From a virus (taxonomy: Duplodnaviria > Caudoviricetes): a DNA stretch of 53,983 nt. The stretch lies in IMG/VR virus record IMGVR_UViG_3300032313_001579, positions 1 to 53,983 of that record. One strand, given 5' to 3'. A model generated the notes under the pieces. It ran no database searches, was not told the origin of the DNA, and was given only the letters and a program-made list of their open reading frames with translations. Shown here one piece after another: positions 28,112 through 38,534 of the stretch (position 1 is the first letter of the stretch; each line of letters begins with the position of its first letter). A program made the position numbers and the translations under genes.

Positions 28112-31100
28112 ATGGCCTTATTATCCCCAGGTGTACAAGTTAGTGTTATTGATCAAAGCAACTACACTCCCGCTGCTGCAGGCTCTACGCCTTATCTGTT
28201 GATCGTCACTGCAGAAAACAAGATTTCTGGTGCTGGTACTGGAATAGCTCCAGGTACCTTGGCTGCCAATGCCAATAAAGTGTACCTGATGACCAGTCAG
28301 CGCGATATTTTGAGCACGTTTGGCGTGCCCTTTTTCTACAACACTACTTCGGGCACACCCATCAATGGCTACGAACTTAATGAATACGGTTTATTAGCTG
28401 GCTACAGTGCGCTGGGTGTAACAAACTTGGCCTATGTACAACGTGCTGATATAGATCTGGCAGCACTCACAGCCACGCTGAATCGTCCAGTGGGAGCACC
28501 GGCCGCCAACAGTTACTGGTTTGATACTACCAACAGCACCTTTGGTATCAAGGAGTGGAATCAGACCACTTCAGCATTTACCAACAAAACTCCTAGTGTG
28601 ATCACTGACACAGTGTTCCTGGAGACCAGTAGCACAGTACCTTTGGCCAGTTATGGCAGCATTGGTGACTACGCAGTCACTGCCACCAGTGTTTACAATC
28701 CTATCTACTACAAGCGCGGCGGCCCTACCACAGCGCAAGCACCTGGATGGATTCAAGACGGTGCCAGCGCCGGTGACTTATACAACACCTGGGTGCTTGT
28801 AGGCAGCGACGAATGGAAAACAGCCTGGGCCACTATAGCTGGTACTCTAGCTCCCTCCAGTCTGACTGTCGGCAACAGTTTCAGCATCAATGACATTGTA
28901 ATCACAGTGGCTGCCAGTCCCAACAACACAGTCACACAGCTGGTGACCAGCATCAATGCTGCTCTCAATGCCAGTGGTGTGTATGCTGCCAACATTGGCG
29001 GTAAACTCACACTGTATGCAGACAGCTCTGCCACCAATGACGGATCCACAGAAGGCACTGGGGTTATAGCCATCAACAACATTTCTGGCACACCTTTGGC
29101 CACCTTGGGTATCACCGGCGGTGAATATGCTGCTCCGGCTTATTTTCCAGGAGCCAACTATCAAGCACCAAGATGGCGTAGCACAGACACACAACCAGAA
29201 CCCACTGGCAGTGTGTTCCAACAAACCAATGCTACCAATCAAGGCATGTTGGTGCAGATCAAACGCTATGATGCCACTCTGGGCACGTTTGTGTTGCAGA
29301 GTTGCACAGTATATGCCGATGACGCCGCAGCCCTGTATGCCTTGGATCCAATCAACGGCGGACAAAGTATTCCGGTAGGAACAACTTATGCACAGATTGA
29401 TCCCTACAACAACAACACAGGTGCCATACTGATCCTGGAACGTGTGGCCACTGGTGCCACGGTGATTACAGGCACAGATTCAACTCCAGTGTTTGTGACC
29501 AACTCCACATTTACTCTGGCTGCCACACAGCCAGAAACAGCCACAGTGGCAGCCGCCGTCACGGTGACCATACTGGGCACAACTGCCGCAGATTTTGAGG
29601 CCGCTGTGAGTGCTGCCAATGTGCCCAATGTCAGTGCTACTGTTGATAGTAATGGAGCAATAGTGTTTACACATGCCACCGGAGGAGACATTTTCTTGGT
29701 AGAAGGTGCCAACACACCTCTGGCTGATGCAGGATTTACTACAGCAACCACAGGCATACGTCAAACAGATGTAACTGGTTCAGGACTCACACTCAGCAAC
29801 TGGGTAGGAACTCCAACATTTACCTACACAGCCAGTGCCAACGCACCCAATGTGGATCCCGCAAATGGCACCTACTGGTACTACAGCGATGCCACCACAG
29901 TGGACATCATGATTCAAAACAACGGCACATGGCAGGGTTATCAGAATGTGACCAACGACGTGCGTGGATTTGATCTCAGCGACACCAATGCCGCCGGTCC
30001 CATATTCAGCACCACAGCACCAACCACACAGACCGATGAAGCAGAAAGCCCCTTGGCTTTGGGTGACCTTTGGATTGACACCAGTGATCTAGAAAATTAT
30101 CCCTTGATCAATCGTTGGGAAAATGTGGATGGCGAAAATCAGTGGGTACGTATTGACAACACTGATCAGACTACCATCAATGGTGTGTTGTTTGCTGATG
30201 CACGTTGGGCACCCAATGGCACTACCAATCCTATCACAGATCCTATTCCACCCATAGCCACTGGTAGCACTCCATTGATTACCAGCAACTATTTGGATCT
30301 TGACGCACCTGATCCTGAGCTATATCCTGAAGGCATCCTGCTGTTCAATACACGCAGAAGTGGCTTCAACGTGAAATCGTTCCAGGTCAACTACTTTAAT
30401 TCGCAGGATTATCCATCACCATTGGTACTGCCTAGCCAGACCGATGCTTGGGTCACAGCTTCAGCCAATCGCAACGATGGTAGCCCCAACATGGGTCGCC
30501 ATGCACAACGCTATCTCATTGTGCAGGCACTGAGAGTGGCTATCGATACCAGCACACAACTGCGTGAAAATCAAGCACAGTTCAACCTGATCACCTGCGT
30601 CAGCTATCCAGAACTGGCACCCAACATGGAAGTGCTCAACAACGATCGTGGCAACACCGGCTTCAGTTTGGTAGACACACCACTGCGCTTGACGCCTGAT
30701 GAAATTGTTACCTGGGCCACCAACAACAACGGTCTGGGACTCAGCACCGGAGATGGAGCTTTGACCGCCGGCGATCCTTATGGCGCTGCATTCTACCCCA
30801 GCTGTACCACAACCGATCTCACAGGAAACGTGGTGGTAACTGCACCAAGTCACATGATGTTGCGCACTATCATACGCAGCGATGCTGTGGCATTCCCTTG
30901 GTTTGCACCAGCTGGCTTGCGTCGCGGAGTGGTAGACAATGCTCTACAGATTGGTTACCTACAAGCTCAAACTGGTGAATTCCAGCCGTTGGGCGTAAAT
31001 CAAGGTCTGCGTGATGTGTTGTACTCGAACAATGTTAACCCAATCACGTTCATACCTGGCACAGGCATAACCAATTTTGGTAATCACACCTTGCAAGGCA

Positions 31101-31441
31101 CGGCCACTGCACTGGATCGTATCAACGTGGCACGCTTGGTAGCATTCATACGTGGACGCCTGGAGATCATTGGAGATCAGTACTTGTTTGAACCCAACGA
31201 TACTATAACTCGTAGCTCTATCACTAACCAGATCACAGCACTCATGGTGGATCTGGTCAACAAGCGCGGTCTCTATGACTTCTTGGTAGTGTGTGATTTG
31301 ACCAACAATACACCAGCTACCATAGATGCCAATGAACTGTATGTGGACATAGCCATTGAACCGGTTAAGGCAGTAGAGTTTATCTACATACCAATGCGCA
31401 TACAGAACACAGGAACCATAGCGGCACAAGCCTCGGCCTAA
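28112..31441 (+). CDS. gp18: Tail sheath protein (T4 gp18-like), enlarged
   Basis: Start MALLSPGVQVSVID at 28112; C-terminal PWFAPAGLRRG, RDVLYSNNVNPI, DRINVARL, LFEPND, EPVKAVEFIYIP. Confidence 0.95.
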   Translation: MALLSPGVQVSVIDQSNYTPAAAGSTPYLLIVTAENKISGAGTGIAPGTLAANANKVYLMTSQRDILSTFGVPFFYNTTSGTPINGYELNEYGLLAGYSALGVTNLAYVQRADIDLAALTATLNRPVGAPAANSYWFDTTNSTFGIKEWNQTTSAFTNKTPSVITDTVFLETSSTVPLASYGSIGDYAVTATSVYNPIYYKRGGPTTAQAPGWIQDGASAGDLYNTWVLVGSDEWKTAWATIAGTLAPSSLTVGNSFSINDIVITVAASPNNTVTQLVTSINAALNASGVYAANIGGKLTLYADSSATNDGSTEGTGVIAINNISGTPLATLGITGGEYAAPAYFPGANYQAPRWRSTDTQPEPTGSVFQQTNATNQGMLVQIKRYDATLGTFVLQSCTVYADDAAALYALDPINGGQSIPVGTTYAQIDPYNNNTGAILILERVATGATVITGTDSTPVFVTNSTFTLAATQPETATVAAAVTVTILGTTAADFEAAVSAANVPNVSATVDSNGAIVFTHATGGDIFLVEGANTPLADAGFTTATTGIRQTDVTGSGLTLSNWVGTPTFTYTASANAPNVDPANGTYWYYSDATTVDIMIQNNGTWQGYQNVTNDVRGFDLSDTNAAGPIFSTTAPTTQTDEAESPLALGDLWIDTSDLENYPLINRWENVDGENQWVRIDNTDQTTINGVLFADARWAPNGTTNPITDPIPPIATGSTPLITSNYLDLDAPDPELYPEGILLFNTRRSGFNVKSFQVNYFNSQDYPSPLVLPSQTDAWVTASANRNDGSPNMGRHAQRYLIVQALRVAIDTSTQLRENQAQFNLITCVSYPELAPNMEVLNNDRGNTGFSLVDTPLRLTPDEIVTWATNNNGLGLSTGDGALTAGDPYGAAFYPSCTTTDLTGNVVVTAPSHMMLRTIIRSDAVAFPWFAPAGLRRGVVDNALQIGYLQAQTGEFQPLGVNQGLRDVLYSNNVNPITFIPGTGITNFGNHTLQGTATALDRINVARLVAFIRGRLEIIGDQYLFEPNDTITRSSITNQITALMVDLVNKRGLYDFLVVCDLTNNTPATIDANELYVDIAIEPVKAVEFIYIPMRIQNTGTIAAQASA

Positions 31442-31449
31442 CATGACCA

Positions 31450-31455
31450 TAAATA
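31450..31455 (+). promoter_or_regulatory. Late promoter TAAATA
   Basis: Between the sheath and tube genes. Confidence 0.75.
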
Positions 31456-31478
31456 ACTGCATATCAGGAGAACACTAA

Positions 31479-32105
31479 ATGTCAACAGCATCATTAACTA
31501 AACTGACCGTACCGCTGGCTAGCGATCAAAGCAACTCAGCCCAAGGTCTGCTGATGCCCAAACTCAAGTTCCGCTTTCGTGTGACTTTTTTGAATCTGGG
31601 CGTGAGCCAGCCCACAACAGAACTGACCAAACAGGTTATGGATTTTACACGTCCTAATGTGACATTTGACAACATTGATCTGCCCATCTACAACAGCACA
31701 ATCCGTTTGGCTGGCAAGCATTCGTGGGCCGATATTACTTGTCAGGTACGTGATGATGCAGGCGGTAATGTCAGCCGCTTGGTAGGTGAGCAACTGCAGA
31801 AACAACTGGACTTCCTGGAACAAAGCAGCGCCGCATCGGGCATTGACTACAAGTTTACCACGGTGTTTGAAGTGTTAGACGGTGGCAACGGTGCCAACAC
31901 TCCTGTAGCTCTTGAAACCTGGACTATTTTAGGTTGCTATCTACAAGGCGTCAACTACAACGATGCCAACTACGGATCGGGCACAGAACCCATGACAGTC
32001 AGCATGACCATACGCTACGACAATGCCTTGCAGACCCTTACTGGTGCTGATGTAGGTGTTGGTGCGTCAATTCCGTTGACAGTCAACAACGTAGCCACAG
32101 GCTAA
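31479..32105 (+). CDS. gp19: Tail tube protein (T4 gp19-like)
   Basis: PKLKFRFRVTF, RPNVTF, LAGKHSW, MTIRYDNA; follows the sheath gene. Confidence 0.9.
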   Translation: MSTASLTKLTVPLASDQSNSAQGLLMPKLKFRFRVTFLNLGVSQPTTELTKQVMDFTRPNVTFDNIDLPIYNSTIRLAGKHSWADITCQVRDDAGGNVSRLVGEQLQKQLDFLEQSSAASGIDYKFTTVFEVLDGGNGANTPVALETWTILGCYLQGVNYNDANYGSGTEPMTVSMTIRYDNALQTLTGADVGVGASIPLTVNNVATG

Positions 32106-32111
32106 CAGCCT

Positions 32112-33320
32112 ATGGCGTTCGGCCAAAACATCCTCCAACCGTTTCCTCCTGGCGAAGGCGTTCGCGACTATCGCCACGCGGAAAAAACTTTCAGAGCCGG
32201 CGGCTACGATCTTGCACCTCGCAACAAGTTTTTATTCTATGTTTATTTCAATTTAAACACCAATATACCAGCAGTGGCCAACTTGACTTCGGGCGGCAAA
32301 AGCAGCACCATCGGACTCACAGTCAAAACAGCACAGTTGCCCGGCTACGCTATTGATGTACAGACCATGAACCAGTACAATCGCAAACGTCTGGTACAGA
32401 CCAAGATCAACTACAATCCTGCTCAAATTGTGTTCAATGATGATCACAATGATCTGGTACGCAACATGTGGTACCAGTACTATCAGTACTACTACAGCGA
32501 TCCAGTCTACCGGTATGGCAACACACCCAACCAGAGTGGTACTCTGGGAGAAATCAGTACCGCACTCAGTGGATTCAGTTACAACAGCAACGACACCTAT
32601 TCAGCCAGTAGACCTGTACAAAAATGGGGCCTCAATGGGCAAGGCTACAACAATCCTAGTCTGCAAAGTCTTGCCAGCAGTTTGTTAACTGGCCCAGCCA
32701 GCGGACAAGAACCTTTCTTCAGAGACATCACCATCTACGGCATGAGTCAAAAGACCTATGCTCAGTACACCATGATCAACCCGTTGATCACTGAGTGGAC
32801 TCATGACACCTATGACTATGGTCAAGGCAACGGTATTATGACTCATACCATGAGCATACGTTATGAAAATGTCAAGTACTATTCAGGAGCGGTTGGTGGC
32901 GCACAACCCAGTGATCCGGTCACAGGATTTGCTGATCCTTCGCACTATGATGTGGTGCCAAGTCCAATTGCTCCACCTGGCAGCACTGCCACAGTGGAAA
33001 GTCAGGGAACCATACGACCCAGCCCCAATGGAAGCAAGCAAGATCTACAGGCCCTGGCCACTGGACAAAATACTCTGCAAAATGTGTTGGGTGCAGTAGG
33101 ACAAGCCTTGGTTCCGTCAGCGGCCAGTTTCCTAAACGGTCAATTGGCTGGATCAGGCGCCTTGGGAGCGGCCTTGGTCACCGGCCTTGGCGTGGCTGCT
33201 GGCATTGGTGTGCCTGGCAGCATTGGACAAGTGCCCAACGGCACTGGCGGCATGAATTTCCCCACCCCTGCCGGTGTGGACGCTGCTACCAAACTTAGAA
33301 ATCTAATTAGCGGAGGTTGA
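32112..33320 (+). CDS. Tube-fold baseplate/tube initiator protein (gp48/gp54-like)
   Basis: VKTAQLP, NQYNRKR, INYNPAQIVFNDD and MSIRYE echo the tube fold; follows the tube gene. Confidence 0.65.
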   Translation: MAFGQNILQPFPPGEGVRDYRHAEKTFRAGGYDLAPRNKFLFYVYFNLNTNIPAVANLTSGGKSSTIGLTVKTAQLPGYAIDVQTMNQYNRKRLVQTKINYNPAQIVFNDDHNDLVRNMWYQYYQYYYSDPVYRYGNTPNQSGTLGEISTALSGFSYNSNDTYSASRPVQKWGLNGQGYNNPSLQSLASSLLTGPASGQEPFFRDITIYGMSQKTYAQYTMINPLITEWTHDTYDYGQGNGIMTHTMSIRYENVKYYSGAVGGAQPSDPVTGFADPSHYDVVPSPIAPPGSTATVESQGTIRPSPNGSKQDLQALATGQNTLQNVLGAVGQALVPSAASFLNGQLAGSGALGAALVTGLGVAAGIGVPGSIGQVPNGTGGMNFPTPAGVDAATKLRNLISGG

Positions 33321-33322
33321 TC

Positions 33323-33682
33323 ATGGCATCGGTAAATGCTATCAATACCAAGACCGATCTCACAGTACAAATCTTTGACAGATTTTACGGCTACGAACAA
33401 CAAGTGCCGGTGGACGAGTATGATGCTGTATTGAGTTATTTTAAATCAGTTTTTCGATCAGCTGAGGCCGCCGGTAACTTTACTGTGAGCCTGTTCCGAG
33501 TTAGCCAGCAATCTAGCATACCTGTGATGACCCTGTTGCAACAGTTTCAAGGTCAAACTGCTCCACAAATAAATCTTACTTTGGCCTATTATCTCAATGG
33601 CGTACGCAGCTCCAGTACCTTGCTGGGCGTGAACACACCCACTCAAGCAAATTTCTACGTATCTCGTAATATCAGAACATAA
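33323..33682 (+). CDS. Hypothetical tail/baseplate-associated protein
   Basis: ATG at 33323 after SD GGAGG, within the tail operon. Confidence 0.6.
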   Translation: MASVNAINTKTDLTVQIFDRFYGYEQQVPVDEYDAVLSYFKSVFRSAEAAGNFTVSLFRVSQQSSIPVMTLLQQFQGQTAPQINLTLAYYLNGVRSSSTLLGVNTPTQANFYVSRNIRT

Positions 33683-33684
33683 TC

Positions 33685-34128
33685 ATGCCCAATTTTCGTC
33701 AAGGCATCTATACAGTGAAGAATCCTGGCAAGTATGTGGGCAAGGGCACGCCCAGATACAGATCTGGCTGGGAACTGACCTTCATGATGTTTCTTGACAG
33801 CAACGACAACATCGTACAGTGGGCCAGTGAAAGCATCACCATACCCTACAGAAATCCCATCACAGGAAAACAGAGCATGTATGTGCCAGATTTTTTTGTG
33901 ACTTACCGTGGACGTGACAACACAACTCGAGCAGAACTGATAGAAATCAAGCCCAAAAAACAAAGCCTGATTGAAAGCCGAATGACAGATAGAGATCGTG
34001 CTATAGTAGCTGTCAACTACGCCAAATGGGATTCTGCAACCAAATGGGCTCGACGCAACGGGCTCACATTTAGAGTGATCAACGAAGATCAGATATTCCA
34101 TCAAGGCAGCAAAAAGACCGGTAAATAG
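33685..34128 (+). CDS. gp4: Head completion nuclease (T4 gp4, TnsA-like fold)
   Basis: NPGKYVG, YRSGWE, WASE, YVPDF, IEIKP, VNYAKW, FRVINE. Confidence 0.9.
   Translation: MPNFRQGIYTVKNPGKYVGKGTPRYRSGWELTFMMFLDSNDNIVQWASESITIPYRNPITGKQSMYVPDFFVTYRGRDNTTRAELIEIKPKKQSLIESRMTDRDRAIVAVNYAKWDSATKWARRNGLTFRVINEDQIFHQGSKKTGK
34122..34127 (+). promoter_or_regulatory. Late promoter TAAATA (leaderless start)
   Basis: 4 nt before the ATG at 34132. Confidence 0.65.
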
Positions 34129-34131
34129 GTC

Positions 34132-34632
34132 ATGACGAGGAAATTAGAAGAACTTTTTGATCTGCCGCCCAGTGGTTGCGAAAGCGAAACTACTGAATCC
34201 GCGGCCGCCACTGAACAAACCCGTAGTCAGTTGGCGCAGATAGATGCTACTATAGACAAGATAGATGCAGCCTTGCCCATGGTGCGTGATTTAGAAGCCG
34301 GAGATGGCGAGTTGGATGACTTGGCTAACAAAGCCCAGGAAACCTTTGACAACTTGATGGATCTGGGTTTCAATGTGGACAGCCGCTATGCGTCAGAAAT
34401 ATTTGCTGTGGCCGGAACCATGCTGGGACATGCGCTCACAGCCAAGACTGCCAAGTTGAACAAAAAGCTAAAAATGGTAGATCTACAGTTGAAAAAGATG
34501 AAAATGGATCAGGACCAGGCCAGCAAGAGTGGTGATGAACCTGTGGAAACAGCACACGGACAGGTGCTGAGTCGCAACGATTTGTTGGAACGACTCATGA
34601 GCACAAGAGACCAAAACAATAACAAAGCATAA
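34132..34632 (+). CDS. Probable terminase small subunit
   Basis: Helical, 166 aa, central oligomerisation-like helices and C-terminal LSRNDLL reminiscent of T4-like gp16; late promoter. Confidence 0.55.
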   Translation: MTRKLEELFDLPPSGCESETTESAAATEQTRSQLAQIDATIDKIDAALPMVRDLEAGDGELDDLANKAQETFDNLMDLGFNVDSRYASEIFAVAGTMLGHALTAKTAKLNKKLKMVDLQLKKMKMDQDQASKSGDEPVETAHGQVLSRNDLLERLMSTRDQNNNKA

Positions 34633-34635
34633 ATA
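34630..34635 (+). promoter_or_regulatory. Late promoter TAAATA
   Basis: Overlaps the previous stop codon and heads the 34654-39968 cluster. Confidence 0.7.
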
Positions 34636-34653
34636 TCGTATAGGGATACAAAT

Positions 34654-35262
34654 ATGAAAAATTTTCAAGAATACCTGGCCGAAAGCCAAAGAACCTACAA
34701 CTATCGCATGAAAATTGTGGGCGATGTTGAACCTGGGGTGATCAAAGCCTTGGAGGAAAAACTTCAACAGTTTGATCCTGTAAAAATTGGCGCTGTGAAA
34801 AAAACGCCCATACAGCTCAAACCTGCAGACTTTCCTGCACATGCCAATGAAAGTGTGAGTTGCATGGACTGTGAATTCCGCTATCCGGCCATTGAGCCAC
34901 AGATCCAACAGATTGCTCAACTGTTGGGACTTGATCCCAACCGTGTGCGTTTGTTGACCACGGCCTATGAAGACAGCCTGAATGTAGAGCGTGAAAAGGT
35001 TGAAGAAGAAAACAAAGACCTGCTGACCGATACTGACTATCCTGCACCGGACGCAGAACAACGAGCACTCAGCAAAGATTACTCAGCACCCTATGACGAG
35101 CATGCTGTGTTGAAGAATGCCTACCGCAGTGATTTTACCGTGGCTGGTGGCAAGACACCACCTGCCCGGACCACAAACGATTTGCCAATGGGCACATCAA
35201 GCCCTATGACCAAGGTCAAACGCCCACCACGTCCAGCCACTGGCGCCAACCCAAGAGGATAA
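34654..35262 (+). CDS. Putative capsid-internal protein
   Basis: N-terminus MKNFQEYLAE resembles the T4 internal-protein capsid-targeting sequence. Confidence 0.55.
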   Translation: MKNFQEYLAESQRTYNYRMKIVGDVEPGVIKALEEKLQQFDPVKIGAVKKTPIQLKPADFPAHANESVSCMDCEFRYPAIEPQIQQIAQLLGLDPNRVRLLTTAYEDSLNVEREKVEEENKDLLTDTDYPAPDAEQRALSKDYSAPYDEHAVLKNAYRSDFTVAGGKTPPARTTNDLPMGTSSPMTKVKRPPRPATGANPRG

Positions 35263-35266
35263 CAGC

Positions 35267-37120
35267 ATGACATTTTTTTATGACCTAAACAAACGATTGG
35301 CTGACCTAGCCAAAAAACAAGAGCTTACAGAAAGTGCTCAACCTGCTGTGGCCGAAGGCAGTACAGGCGACTATTCAGCTAAAAAGGCTGCCGCTGGCAA
35401 AGATATTGGCAAGCCAGGAAAAATGTTTTCAAAGATTGCTAAATCAGCAGGCAAAGAATATGGTAGCAAGGCCGCAGGCGAACGTGTGGCCGGTGCTGTG
35501 TTGAACAAGTTGCGTGCCAAAGAAAGTGTAGAAGAAAGCGACATGGATGAGTCAGCATTGCAAGCCTACATTGGCGACAAAAAATATGGCAAAGCCGGTA
35601 TGGATGCACTTCGCAAAGCCGGACGCGAAGGCGCCAGCAAAGACAAAATGAGTCAGATTCGCAATCGCTACAACAAGATGGACGAAGCTGACATGGAAGA
35701 AGGCAATTATTTTGGTAATCAAGTTAGGCTTGCCAAAGAAAAAGGTTTGAAGAAAGCCGACCTAGATGGCGACGGCGACATGGAAACAGTGCGTGAAGCA
35801 AGCAAGCCGGACTACATTGACCTGGACAAGGACGGCAACCGTAAAGAAACTATGAAAAAAGCTGCCGCTGACAAAAAGAAAAGTCGCGGTGCAGGTACAG
35901 CATTTGATCCTGAAGTGGCCAAATCAATGTTTGCCACCAAAGACGAACATCCACGCTATGATGTCAAAGATACCGGTTACAGCAAGCGTTATACTCGTAA
36001 GGTTCAAGATGAACCAAAAGACGACACAGAAGTTGACACAGGTCCCAAGAAAAAAGGCCGTCCAAAAGGTCCTGAAAAAGGTCCTGAGCGTGTGACCAAG
36101 GGCAGCACCAAGTACAAGATGGTGGGTGGCCAGCGTGTGAAAAAAGAAAAAACCAAGGAAGATCTTGACACTGATGGCGTTATGATGAACACACCCAGCA
36201 ACATGAGCAGTGAAGACATTGAAAGCATTTCATTGATCAACAAAGGTGAATACGATCGTGAAGGCGACATGGCCAAAGATGATTTACAAAGTCTTGCCAT
36301 GGCAGCCAAAGAATTGCACAGTATCCTGGGTGACGATGAGAATCTGCCAGAGTGGGTTCAAAGCAAGATCACCAAGGCCTTGGACTATATCAATTCCAGC
36401 AATCAATACATGCAACAACAAAAAAATGATGCGGAACCTGTGGCAGAAAAAGCTGTAAGCAAAAAACAACAGCGTTTTATGGGCATGGTTCATTCAGCAC
36501 AAAAAGGCGAAAAGCCATCCAGCAAAGAAGTAGCCAAGGTAGCCAAGACAATGGGCAAAAAAGATGCCGAAGACTTTGCCAAGACCAAGCACAAAGGCCT
36601 ACCAGAAAAAGTCAAAGAAGCAGATGCAGAAACACCTAAAGAGAAAAAATCCAAAGGTGGTTACGATTTTGGTGGCAGTGTGTACGAAAACTACAACAAA
36701 CAGCTCACAAAGTTGCTCACAGAAGGCATGAATATCACAGTGAACATGAACACTGGCCCAGATGGTCAACCCAGCAAGAATATCACAGTCAGTGCCGACG
36801 GCGACGATGCTGAAGCACTTGCCGCATTGTTAAAGATGGCCGGCATCGGCGGTCACGACAACGCAGAAAGCTGTGGTACCTGTGGCAAAGCACCTTGCGG
36901 CTGTGAAGCACTTGACGAGAACTCACCAGACTGGCCTACCAATACAGAAACATCAGACAATGCACTACAGTACTCAGGCGGCTTAAACGGTCCTAAATCA
37001 ACTGGACAAACAACAGTTCCTGTGATTGCCAGCCAACTGCGTAGACAAGCATCAATGGAAGAATCTGTAAAAATTGAGCGCAACTTGTTTAAGTTATACA
37101 ACAACTACAAGAATCAATGA
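35267..37120 (+). CDS. K/E-rich modular protein, putative internal head polyprotein
   Basis: Short basic modules separated by hydrophobic-X-E sites; contains KAVSKKQQRFMGMV, LPEWVQSKIT and DLDKDGN modules. Confidence 0.6.
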   Translation: MTFFYDLNKRLADLAKKQELTESAQPAVAEGSTGDYSAKKAAAGKDIGKPGKMFSKIAKSAGKEYGSKAAGERVAGAVLNKLRAKESVEESDMDESALQAYIGDKKYGKAGMDALRKAGREGASKDKMSQIRNRYNKMDEADMEEGNYFGNQVRLAKEKGLKKADLDGDGDMETVREASKPDYIDLDKDGNRKETMKKAAADKKKSRGAGTAFDPEVAKSMFATKDEHPRYDVKDTGYSKRYTRKVQDEPKDDTEVDTGPKKKGRPKGPEKGPERVTKGSTKYKMVGGQRVKKEKTKEDLDTDGVMMNTPSNMSSEDIESISLINKGEYDREGDMAKDDLQSLAMAAKELHSILGDDENLPEWVQSKITKALDYINSSNQYMQQQKNDAEPVAEKAVSKKQQRFMGMVHSAQKGEKPSSKEVAKVAKTMGKKDAEDFAKTKHKGLPEKVKEADAETPKEKKSKGGYDFGGSVYENYNKQLTKLLTEGMNITVNMNTGPDGQPSKNITVSADGDDAEALAALLKMAGIGGHDNAESCGTCGKAPCGCEALDENSPDWPTNTETSDNALQYSGGLNGPKSTGQTTVPVIASQLRRQASMEESVKIERNLFKLYNNYKNQ

Positions 37121-37854
37121 AAACACTAAAAGAATACATCGCTGAAAGTGAACAATGGATGGCATCGCCTGCTGCAGGTGACACCTTTGCCATTGAACTA
37201 GACGACGGTGTGTTGATTGAAACCTACATAATCGAAGTGGCCGACGATTGTATTCTTCTAGATTCTACCCCAGAAATCAATGCAGCCTTGAGTGAATGGG
37301 CCACACTGGAAGACACTGATGAAGGCGATTCAGGTGTGATACTTGAGACCATGGGCTACGGCACACTAGTAGGTGAAGGCGCCATGAAGCACGAAATGAT
37401 GAAGAATGCAGAACGCATGAGTTTAGAACAGTTCAAAGACCGCTATGGTGACGAAGACTGGATTGAAGAATTTTGGCGCACAGCCACTGGCGAGACAGAG
37501 CAGTTGAAAGACGATCAAGATGCGGCCGTGGTAGCTGGCAAAGAAGCTGCGATTGATGCCGCACAACGCTTGGCCACAGACGAAGCCAAGTATCAAGGTC
37601 GTGAAGTCGCTCTCAACAAACCCATGGCGGGAGATGTAAAAAAATCAAAAGTGTATGTGCGAGACCCTGCTACTGGCAACATCAAAAAAGTAAACTTTGG
37701 TCACGGCGGCAAAACTGCCAAACGATTGGGTCAAAAGACCATGAAGATAAAAAAATCTAATCCGGCTCGTAGAAAGAGTTTTAGAGCAAGACACAATTGC
37801 GACAACCCAGGACCAAAAACCAAGGCGCGATATTGGTCTTGCCGTGCGTGGTAA
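37117..37854 (+). CDS. Putative capsid-internal protein with basic C-terminal module
   Basis: N-terminus MKTLKEYIAE; C-terminal KKVNFG...PARRKSFRARHNC...ARYWSCRAW. Confidence 0.6.
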   Translation: MKTLKEYIAESEQWMASPAAGDTFAIELDDGVLIETYIIEVADDCILLDSTPEINAALSEWATLEDTDEGDSGVILETMGYGTLVGEGAMKHEMMKNAERMSLEQFKDRYGDEDWIEEFWRTATGETEQLKDDQDAAVVAGKEAAIDAAQRLATDEAKYQGREVALNKPMAGDVKKSKVYVRDPATGNIKKVNFGHGGKTAKRLGQKTMKIKKSNPARRKSFRARHNCDNPGPKTKARYWSCRAW

Positions 37855-37869
37855 ACAAAGGAAAATAAA

Positions 37870-38160
37870 ATGGCTGCAAACGTATATACAACACTAGGTA
37901 ACACCACAGTCTACACAGACAAACTACAAATCTCAACAGGTGCCAACGCAGTTACCTATCAAGTCTATGCCACTGCTCTAGGCAGTGCTGCACCTGTTGG
38001 TAATATCTATTCAGCACCAATCTCAATTCCAGCCAACACCATATTTGAAGTTTACTCAGGAGCAGGCAACAAAGTCACAGTGGCCGGCACACCATTTACA
38101 GCCTTGGAACTGGGCACAGCCAGTTCTGCACAAGAAAGCGTGATCGGCACCGGAGCCTGA
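37870..38160 (+). CDS. Small structural-like protein
   Basis: 96 aa, A/T/G-rich, SD AAGGA. Confidence 0.6.
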   Translation: MAANVYTTLGNTTVYTDKLQISTGANAVTYQVYATALGSAAPVGNIYSAPISIPANTIFEVYSGAGNKVTVAGTPFTALELGTASSAQESVIGTGA

Positions 38161-38162
38161 TC

Positions 38163-38534
38163 ATGCGAGCCCGCGAGTTTATTGCTGAACGTGACGGCAA
38201 GATTGGCATTCGCAGACAATCTGCTACCAGAGGGCTGACCGTATTTGGCGATGCAGAACGTAGCAACAGTGACTACACATTGAATCGTGTGATGATGGCG
38301 GCGGCCATGGCCGACGGATCGGGCAATGTGCTGGACATGGATGAAAAAAGTTGGATAGGAAAAAAACGTGGTGCTTATCCTTACACTGAAATTGAACACG
38401 AAATGCTGAAACAAGCATTCCGTGCAGCCGGGGCAGAATACACTGATTTGAATGCAGGCGACATGGACTCAGAAGAGGTACCCAGTACCAACACACACAG
38501 TCCTGTAATAGCATTCCAAGGATACCCCCGATGA
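38163..38534 (+). CDS. Putative internal protein, paralogue A
   Basis: MRAREFIAE N-terminus; ends SPVIAFQGYPR. Confidence 0.65.
   Translation: MRAREFIAERDGKIGIRRQSATRGLTVFGDAERSNSDYTLNRVMMAAAMADGSGNVLDMDEKSWIGKKRGAYPYTEIEHEMLKQAFRAAGAEYTDLNAGDMDSEEVPSTNTHSPVIAFQGYPR

Noticed and set aside
33685-34128. TnsA-like nuclease as evidence of a Tn7-type transposon
   Set aside because: Motifs and context match T4 gp4 head completion protein; no TnsB/TnsC or terminal repeats.
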